Positions 55,071 through 64,000 of a DNA stretch of 64,000 nucleotides are shown here, in pieces (within the stretch, counting starts at the first letter, position 1; each line of letters starts with the position of its first letter). This DNA comes from Trichosphaerium sp. ATCC 40318. Taxonomy: Eukaryota; Protista; Tubulinea. The translations under genes were made by a program, and so were the position numbers. The stretch lies in the NCBI GenBank assembly GCA_038496445.1, contig JALMLS010000268.1:124001-188000 (forward strand), written 5' to 3'. The notes beneath the pieces were generated by a model, which worked only from the letters and a program-made list of their open reading frames with translations, did no database searches and was not told the DNA's origin.

Positions 55071-55985
55071 TCAGTGCAGTGGCACTCTTGCCCATGTTAA
55101 CCCCTTTGATTCAACAAACTGTTTTGTGATCTGATTAAATCCATTAAATATTACGATAAACACAGACTTGAGTGACTTCATGTGCTTCAAGCAATGACCT
55201 TCAAGATTTCCAAAACAAGCTTTAAGTTCAATAGCCTCAAGATTTACAAAGTGTTTTAAACTTGCGTCATCGACATGGCAAAAATTAAGGCGAAGGTGTT
55301 TAATATTGGTCAATAATTTGAGCCCAATAGATTTGTAAAATATCTCAACAGTGTGGACATTGGCGAGACTTTTGAGCCATGATTCTTCTTTTGGGCTGAG
55401 TTTGATTGTATGAACATCTTTAAGCACCTCAGTCCATTCATCTGTTACATTACAGCGAGTAATCCCAATAGAATGTACACCATTCAGTTGTTTTATTCCT
55501 TCAAGAGTAACGTTGTTGCAGCCAGATAGCGTGATAGTGTGAACACCCTTTAAAGCCTTTAATGAAACATCTGTTATGTCTGAATCTCGTAAACTAATCG
55601 TGTGAATGCTGTGCTTTCCTTCTTGTACTAATGCAAGAACACCAGCATCTGTAACATTTACAAAGTCTAAATGAATGGCGTGAACACCAACAAGGGAAGC
55701 CAAATCACTTTCACATAATGTGATGCCAGTAGCACAGGCGACCAGAGTGTTTTTAAGCAGTGGACTGCTCTTAAGTTTATGGCAATCTGATGCTTCTTTT
55801 AATTTGAGACTCACAAACCCTATATTACAACGAATAATGTCGTTGAAGAGAGTAGAAACTGCAGAGGCGATTATACGGTCTTTTCTGCGTAAATAACGCA
55901 AAATATGCGTCAAAGTCTCCGAAGGTAGCTCACTGAAATCGGATGTACCTCCTAGTGTACACGCTACATTTGTTGTTGATGACAT
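55071..55985 (-). CDS. F-box/LRR-repeat protein, intronless
   Basis: F-box FSELPSETLTHILRYLRRKDRIIASAVSTLFNDII; LRRs LKGVHTITLSGCNNVTLEGIKQL; probable start MSSTT at 55985. Confidence 0.85.
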   Translation of the reverse strand: MSSTTNVACTLGGTSDFSELPSETLTHILRYLRRKDRIIASAVSTLFNDIIRCNIGFVSLKLKEASDCHKLKSSPLLKNTLVACATGITLCESDLASLVGVHAIHLDFVNVTDAGVLALVQEGKHSIHTISLRDSDITDVSLKALKGVHTITLSGCNNVTLEGIKQLNGVHSIGITRCNVTDEWTEVLKDVHTIKLSPKEESWLKSLANVHTVEIFYKSIGLKLLTNIKHLRLNFCHVDDASLKHFVNLEAIELKACFGNLEGHCLKHMKSLKSVFIVIFNGFNQITKQFVESKGLTWARVPLH

Positions 55986-56247
55986 GGCGCTTTTAGGGTT
56001 TGACCGGGGATTGACAAGTCCGAAACTATTTTGGAACTCAAACATTCATAGTACAGTTGCAATCAGATATCGCAGCATCTATTTTACTAATCGAATACAG
56101 AAAACCCTAAACAATCACGTGATATTTCTTGTAACCGTGTATATAACTATCATAAAAAATAAAACAAGATCAAAAATAATACAGACAATACAGTTATAAT
56201 TTTATTTCTTATTTCTTTCTTTTTTTTTTTTTTTTTTTTTTGTACAA

Positions 56248-59200
56248 TTACATATCTCGCAATAAATTTTGCTCAGAGCGCAATGCGGATATACTTTCTT
56301 TTACACGCTTTTCTAAATCCTTATAGTACTGCTTAAGCATATCAGCAAACTCCATACCAGTACCATCAATCAAAGAATTATTAAGTTTCAATGCAAACCC
56401 ACAAAGCTTTACAAAGTTCTCCATAACGATCATAAGATGATCTACATGATCAGTATTATATTTTTCTTCACGTATAGTCCCTGGCTTCAAGAAAATAGAG
56501 CAAATAGCAAGAGGACCACAGTTAACCACTAACAGAACAATAAACAACAGTAAAAAGACGAAATAAAGCGAAATCAAGCAAAAAAAACGGCAACAAAAAA
56601 AACGGATAAAAAGCGCGTACTCGGTACAACAGATCCTTGTAACACTTGCTGTAAGGTATTAACATGTGGTGGTATACAATTAAGCTCTCTACGCAATTTT
56701 GTAGATTGACTCTCAATGAGCTCTATTGCGTTTTCAATTGGCTCTAATATAATCTCTTCTTGATCTACGATCAATACTCTATTCAAAAAGTGTGGGAATG
56801 AGTGCTTAGTCTTAAATATAGTTTTTCGCCGCCTTTGACTTGCAATCTCATTCTCCTCATTCTTGCTCACTTCTACTTTAATAGCAGTTTCGAACAAAAA
56901 CTTGTCTTAAAAAAGAAAGTCAATATCCAAAAAAATAAAAACATACAAAATTGTTTTGATTTGTAAAGAAGACTGATGATGCGTACCGGCGTTAAAATGC
57001 ATATCAGCTTCTGATAGGAAATGTTTACGTTGCTCTGCACGGTGATAAGGGTGCACAGACGCGATTTGGGCATATATACATTGAGGATCGAGTTTTTCCT
57101 AAAAAAGAAGTAAGTCAATAAATACTTCAAAACAACAAAAAAGACGTACAACGTCTACATTGTTACTAAATAGAACCTCGAATCTAGTAGCACCATGCTT
57201 GCCCGTATACTGCTTCTACATTGATGTTTAGAAAAGCACCTAGGCTGACTTAAACTTACCTCGAGCTGAGCCTTAAATAAACCGAGATTCCATTTTCTCG
57301 TCTTTTTGTAAATATAAGATAATCCGTTCGTTTCACCCCACAATTTACCCAAATACGTAACGCGATAATAAACTGGGTAAACTCTATTTGGTGGGTTCTG
57401 TTTGTCTGTAATCTTAACGCAAAGATCTGCATGATCCGTTAAGACCTTTATCATTGTTGTATATTGCTGCTGAGTCTTATGAAGCGTCTCTAAAACGCTA
57501 TACACCTCAATAGCAAGCTTATAATTCGTAGCTTGTTCAAACAGTGCCTCTGCCTCTAACAGAGTACTAACTAGTCTAGACCAACCCCAGTTTGCATCGT
57601 CAGATAGGGACGCCATAGAAGTAGACGATTGAGAGCCTAGGCACATTAGACAAACTGCATGAAAAAAAAAACAAAAAATAAAGTGGTACATACCCAATCT
57701 AGGTATGTTCTTGATGTTGGGAGATATCTGAGAGAACAATATGAATTCTTCTGATAAACGCTCCATAAGAATAGGATTAACTGTTCTAAGGTATTGCAAT
57801 ATCAACGAAGCAATCAGAGTCTTACAATGTGCAGCTTCTTCCAGATTTTCATTCTATTTTTTTTGGAAATGTTAATCAAAGTCATTTTGGTGTTTTTGTC
57901 TTTTTGACACTTACCCTTTGATGTCTATTAGCAAGATTGTCAAGCCACGTTACACGAAGCTCTGGGGAATCAATAAAACCGCGAGAAATCTTGTAGCAAA
58001 GATGATTGGTAAGTTCTTGATCCTCCTCATTACTCCATAATTGATTCGCACGATCAATGAGAAGATTAATCTTTGTAATCGCATCAACTACCAATGTCTT
58101 CTCTTTGACATCGTTATTGAGAAGCTTAGTACGTCGAATATCTAACAGAGTGCCCTGAAGACCAGAAAAGTCCTACACAATGAACGTTAGTAAACACTTT
58201 TTTACAAAAAAATCAATAGGATTGTAAGCTTACAATCCTTTCTTCAGCTTGACCAATCATTTTAGAAACGACAACAGTGCTCTCAATTCTCAACCTATCG
58301 AAATTGGCTTCCTTTTTATACGATGTATGCAGAAGAGCAAATAACATCCATCCTGAGTCATCACGGATACTCTTTAAAACATGTAAGCCATCATAGAAAA
58401 ATGATAATAAAACAAGTACGTACTTGTATGTACGAGTTTGAAAGTGTAAACAGATGATACGTCAATACGCTTAGAGCAGTAGAGTTCTCATCAATGTACA
58501 CCAGATTTGGGCATATATTCACAAGAGCCTTAAGAGGACCTTTCAAGTGACATATCGTCTCCGGATCATTAACAGAAAAAAGCTCTCCAAAGATACCAAC
58601 AATCTTACGTGTAAGAGGTGACCATCCAGCAGTATCAATCTCATGTCCTAATGACCATATGAATTCAGAGATTGTATCTATAACAATCATCCTTGCTTCA
58701 CGACAAAATAGGTCCTTCTAGAAGTACAACAAGTCAATAAGAAAAACAAAAAAAAAACTTTGTTTCGTAAAAACGAACTAACCTTATTGAAAAGCTTAGC
58801 GCTGTGTTCGAGCAACGCCAAAAACCCTACACGACGTTGTTGTGGTTCTATCTTCCACCAACGCTCAAGTTCTTTATGGTGCGACCATTTCAATATGTAC
58901 AAAAATGGTACCAACCACTCAACCTGTTCGTTTTCAGGAGCAGAAGAAGTAATAATACTGTAATCACCCAAAATCTAAAAAAATAATAATTAGTCCAAAA
59001 AACCCAAAATACAGCACGTGATATAATGGACATACCTGCATCATGTAGGCAAAGTACATGCTCACAATATATCGCTGTATTGAATCAGATTTATAGCGCT
59101 TATCCTTAGCATGCTTTGAGACAAGACGATGAAGCAAGCTTATAGACTCAAGCCGAGCTAATTTGTTTTTACCATCATGATTAAAATTGAGCTCAATTAC

Positions 59201-62200
59201 ACGAAGTATCATCCCAGCAACAACGTGGCTTCTTCGTAGGTACTCAAGAAGCTTTGAATGATCCATAATATGTTGTGTATCTCGAGGTAGCACAGGTGTA
59301 TTAAGAGGAATATAGTGCTCATAAGAAGCAACAACAGAAAGAAAAGCCACTTTAAATCTCATAGACATAAGTTTCTCAGAGCTGGAAGCAATATATTTTT
59401 CAACCTAATGATCGAAAATAAGAAAACAATCCACAAAACGAAATATACATACCAAAGTCAACACTAGACCTCTATCAATCAAAGAAAGCAAATCTTTTAC
59501 AAAAACACCAATAGCTAAAAAAAAACCTCATCAGTATCTCAATCACTGTCATCAATGTGTACCGTATATATGCTCCAGGCTAGAGGTAGCATGTTGTTGG
59601 AATAACTGCTTCAATAAAAGTAACACACATTGTACACCTTCTTTGGAATATCGCTTACTCCTAGTCGTGTGCCCTATGAAAGAAAATAAATACTTTACAA
59701 TGCTGGCATTGGCTTCAAACGTACAATTTTTACTGAGTAAAATTGCCATATTATTTGCAATAACACGGAGAAGTACCCAATAGGCTTCATATCCTTGCAT
59801 ACTATGTAACTAAAGAAAAAAATTAAGAATCCTCAATTCGACTTTAGAGGTTTGAATTACCTTTGTTTTATCTTTACTCTTCATAACAGCCGTCAAGTAC
59901 TTCGCTAAAGCATGATATAGCGGTAGTGAGGTACTGTTTTCGAATGGCTTCCAAGGATAAGATGAGAAGTTAAGTAGCCATCCCAAGTATACATTAAACA
60001 AGGAATACTTGTTATCAGTTGCTATATTCTTAACAACACGAACAACTTGCAAAGCAGCCAATATTCCTTCCTAATGACAAAAAACTTAGACACATAGCTA
60101 ATTGAATAATGTGTACCTCTCCCAAAGCTTCTGGCCATGTAGTTATGATTTGAAACAAAGTATTTAAGAGGAGAGGAAAAGACTTGAATAAAGCAGTAGA
60201 GTTTGCCAAACGTATACTTGACAAAGAATCCTATGGGGAAAAAATTAGTACACGCTTTAAACTTCAAAAAAAAAGTACCTTGATAGCTGCCACATAGGCA
60301 AGTTTCTTCGTCAATAGCAGAGCATTTACTGCATTTGTGAATCTATTGATATTTGTATCTTGGCTGTACACTGTAGATACAAGATGCATCTTGATAGTCA
60401 AAGATTCTTTTTCTAGCCACTTTGGTTTGTCCGCTTTCGAAGGCAAATTAGATTGTAGGCCAAGTGTAATGCTCTTGGGCATGTTAAGCCTAGGAAGGGC
60501 GTACAGTTAGCGAATAGAACAATAAGTATCAGCGTACCCATTGTCACGCAAAAGCTCAACACGTGCATAACCAAGTACTTTTTTCTTTTTGCTCTCAACA
60601 GCGCATACAGAGAACAGTAAAAAGTGATCTTTTGTGATCACGTGGGGTAAGTTAATTTTTATTTCATCCGGGAAAGTAGGTTTCTTCGCTTGTTGAGATA
60701 CAGCAGTACGACCTGAGACGCTCAGTTAACAATCAATAGCGAAAAAGCAAAAAAAAATATCAAGTTACCTTCGTTAACGAATTTCGGTTCAAAAGATTTA
60801 CCAAATATCGCTTTGAGCCTCCTTGACTCTCCTTCCATTAAAGATACACGCACTTGAACATTACGAGCGTGTTTCATTTGTAAGGTTTGAGGATAGATAT
60901 ATACAATGTTGGAGTATCTCATATTGACCTGTCTATCGCCATCAAACTCTTGAATATCGCGAATTACTCTAGACGGTTTTGTAACATCCTTAAAGTCCTC
61001 TGGATAAGGCAATAAAGGATCTAAGCACGGCGTTACTCTTCCAGGGAGTGGACCTAGAAGTATATCAGATTAACAAATCCACAGAAACCCAACTAAAGAC
61101 ATACCCAGTTCTGTTTTCGGAGATGCAGTGTACGTCAATTTAAAATCGATCTTTCCTTTACTATACTTTTTCAAAGGCTCATCTGACTGTAACATATCAT
61201 AAAGTATGTCGTAATCAGGTGCAAGCTTGTATGGAATAAATTCTGATAGTCCACCAGTAGCTACAGCTTGATCTGGGTATTGAAGAAACAATGGAACACA
61301 AGCCCAATATATTTGCTCCAAATTCGCATCAGCGACAGTCTCAGGAAGAGCTCCTTCTTTCTTATGCCTCAACAACGTGCAGATGCGAAATATGAGATAA
61401 GGCGGACGATCTGTAGCACCGGTCATCTTGAACATGCACGTGTTCGTTCTACTCTCAATGCAAATAACTTCAGGGTGTCTTGAGAGTATACTCATCGCCT
61501 TTTCTCTATCTGGCTCAAAATAAAACTCCTCTGTAAGCTTTGACTTCTGGTGAGGATCATGGAGCGACGCTGAACAGAAGAAAGGTCCTTTCTCACCTTC
61601 AAGGGTGAGAGAATAAATAGCCAAAAGGTAGTATGCGATAGGGAGATGAATACTGAACTGTAGAGGTGGCAAAGGAAGGCGCATGGTGTCTAAACGAAGC
61701 TGTAGATGCCCTAAAGCCTCAACCCTTCTATCACTAGCTTCATTGCGTTTTAAGTGATCGACACGAGACTCACCCTAGTAACGTCTTTTAGTTAACTTGA
61801 AGAAAAAGGCAAAAAAGAAATATCAAAAAAAAAAGGCGTACTCTCTTTTTTCGGAAATGACGATGTTCAGAGTGACTGTAATCTGTTGCAACATTCTTTC
61901 CAATCTTGATACGCTTATGTGTCTCCATAGATACAGATGAAGACAACATTGACAATTCGTCAGAATCACTACTCGCCACTGGGTTACCAGTTGGTTTGTT
62001 TCCAAACGATACAGTCGCAGAGTTTACCATTGCTGGTTTAGCATCGCTCACTAATTATGTTATTAAACTAGTATTACTTAATACCGCTGCGTACACTCTG
62101 CAGGTACACCATTAGACCATACTTGAGCGCTCTGGCTCTTCGGTATAGATCGAACAGTCTTGTCAGGAGCAGTTGCGCTCTTATGACGTTGTTTACTACT

Positions 62201-63545
62201 TCCTCTCAAATTCAAATCTACTGCTGAGGCTCTTTTTGCGCGCTGGTTCAAAAGTCCTTTCAAAGCAAAAGATCCACGCATAAATGCAGGTTCTACATAA
62301 AATTATTAGAACGTTAAACGAAGAACAGATGAAAGTAAGAAGCTGCCAAAAAAAAAAAATACTTGCCCTTTTTCTTTCTGACCATGTTTATCGCAGGAGG
62401 AAACAGACTATTCACCTGTTGGTCCAAGTCTATCGCAGTTTTGTGCGAATAATTAACTGCAGTATGAGTCTCCAAACTTAATCCTGAAGAGTGTTTGTTA
62501 AACAAACAAGACATAGAAAGTAATAAAAAAAATAAAAAAAAATGAAAACAATACAAACCTCTTGTTACTCTACAAAGGCTAATAATAATATCACGTATAA
62601 GACTTGTAGACATGCAACTCTTTTCCATCATTTGACCGCCATCAATGTAAATTTTCAACTGAAAGCGAGAGGTGAATAAAAAAACCTTTTTTTTTCAAAG
62701 GATTAGAACGCACAGTTGTACGCGGAGACGTTGAAGCGCCCAATAATGGTTGTTTTTGCATAGAAAAACAAGAAGCCAGTGCTCTTGATGACATATTATG
62801 AAGTGAGGAGCGTCTTAGCATCATATTACCAGAGCCATCAGTGGTGAGACCGTATTTACGCCTAACTGATTTAACATTGTTGCGAAATAACTGAAAAAAA
62901 TCGAAATTCAAAAAAAAAAAAATGATCGCAAATTGCTAGGCTGACTGCTTTAAAAATACAACATACCCTTGTGACCATGATACAGTAGTGAATTGGTTTT
63001 GCGAGTATAGTTTACTGCATAATCTAACCCAGTAAGGGCTATCTTCGGGAATGTCGGCGTTCTTTTTAATCGTTATGAAGTGTCTGAAGCGTAAGGAATG
63101 CTAATACGTACCCAAATTGGACTGGATTTGAGAGAAAAAGTCCTTTCAACTTTTTCTCGCTTTAGATCTTCGCCTGTATGAGGTAAGAACGTATTTACAC
63201 GCGAATGACAATAAAATTTAAGCGCTGGCAACTTTTTTAATTGGTATGCACCTTTTTTAGGGAACGTGTGCGCAGCAGCTGTTTCTTCTGGTATGTAATC
63301 GATGCTATTGTATAAATCCTCCCATTCATCTATTTGAATAAGTTGTGTTGCGAATAGTACCTTGTTAACGCACCTAAGCGAACAGGAGGTAATTCAAGCT
63401 CTAATCTACGACGTGATGGTTGCTAAATTTTATTATTACAACGAGTCACTTGCGCTCGGTAAACGCTAGTTTTACTCACCAGGCGTTTATCTAAGGCTAA
63501 ATAGCGTTTGCCATCGTTTGGTTTTTCAGCGGAGTTGTTGGCCAT
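56248..63545 (-). CDS. DOCK-family (zizimin-like) Rho GEF with DHR-1 (C2) and DHR-2 domains
   Basis: DHR-1 YSNIVYIYPQTL..KHARNVQVRV, PTFPDEIKINLP...HFLLFS, VSTVYSQD; DHR-2 SPELRVTWLDNLA, YYRVTYLG, FPHFLNR, LEPIENAIE, LQQVLQGSV..VNCGPLAICSIFL; probable ATG at 63545. Confidence 0.9.
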
Positions 63546-63778
63546 GATATAAACACTCAGACGTTACTAACGCGATTTAGGGTACGCATAAGGCAAAATG
63601 CCTGTTGTCCTTTTTGTAAATGGAACTTTGTTTACCGAACTTTTTTGACTAATATAACACCGCAACGAACGACAACGCCACCGCGTGCGTTGGATTAACA
63701 TTTGCCTGCTTAAACGCAAACTAGCCGTTTATTATTTCTCCTTGTTTTGCATACATTATTGCAATAACGATCAAACGC

Positions 63779-64000
63779 TTATACGATCACAACGTCAGGT
63801 GCCTAATATCTTTAGAAGTGAAGGTTGCGGGTATTTTTACTATACCTCCTTTTTGACCTTCTCAATGTCCCAAATGATAAAGTTACCATCTAAACCAGAC
63901 GTAGAGAACGTTTTCACCTACAAAAAACAATTAAAAAAAAAACAAACGAAAAACAAAGCAATTTTAAACGCACGGTATCGCCATCTTTCTCTCTTATCTG
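63779..64000 (-). CDS. ARPC1: Arp2/3 complex subunit 1 (p41), 3' end only
   Basis: Spliced QIREKDGDT-VKTFSTSGLDGNFIIWDIEKVKKE-APDVVIV stop; FSTSGLDG..IIWD is the characteristic last WD blade of ARPC1. Confidence 0.7.

Noticed and set aside
56205-56245. Long poly-T tract
   Set aside because: Simple A-rich 3' region of the DOCK gene on the minus strand; no target-site duplication or retroelement features.

Overview
AT-rich, gene-dense eukaryotic nuclear DNA with many short (about 40-100 nt) GT/GC-AG introns. The gene content (Roco GTPases, zizimin-type DOCK, CH+filamin protein) suggests an amoeboid protist, but the host cannot be fixed from sequence alone. Housekeeping genes (mitochondrial IleRS, proteasome beta-6/PSMB1, TatD, arylsulfatase, class I sirtuin, DOCK GEF, 3' end of ARPC1) alternate with apparently fast-evolving genes. 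Highlights: (1) two paralogous Roco proteins in which ROC-COR is followed by a PARP-type ADP-ribosyltransferase (H-Y-E) and a pseudo-receiver domain instead of a kinase, with interchangeable N-terminal repeats (LRR vs MORN), a candidate NLR-like defence system; (2) a disabled SelN-like selenoprotein gene with an in-frame Cys-UGA and a canonical SECIS in its 3' UTR; (3) an ADF-H + EF-hand + MICAL monooxygenase fusion; (4) a mosaic cluster of four BTB paralogs with divergent C-termini and a palindromic element inside it; (5) intron-poor F-box/LRR genes; (6) strong enrichment of CACGTG. All gene models were spliced by eye and domain calls come from motif recognition, not database searches.
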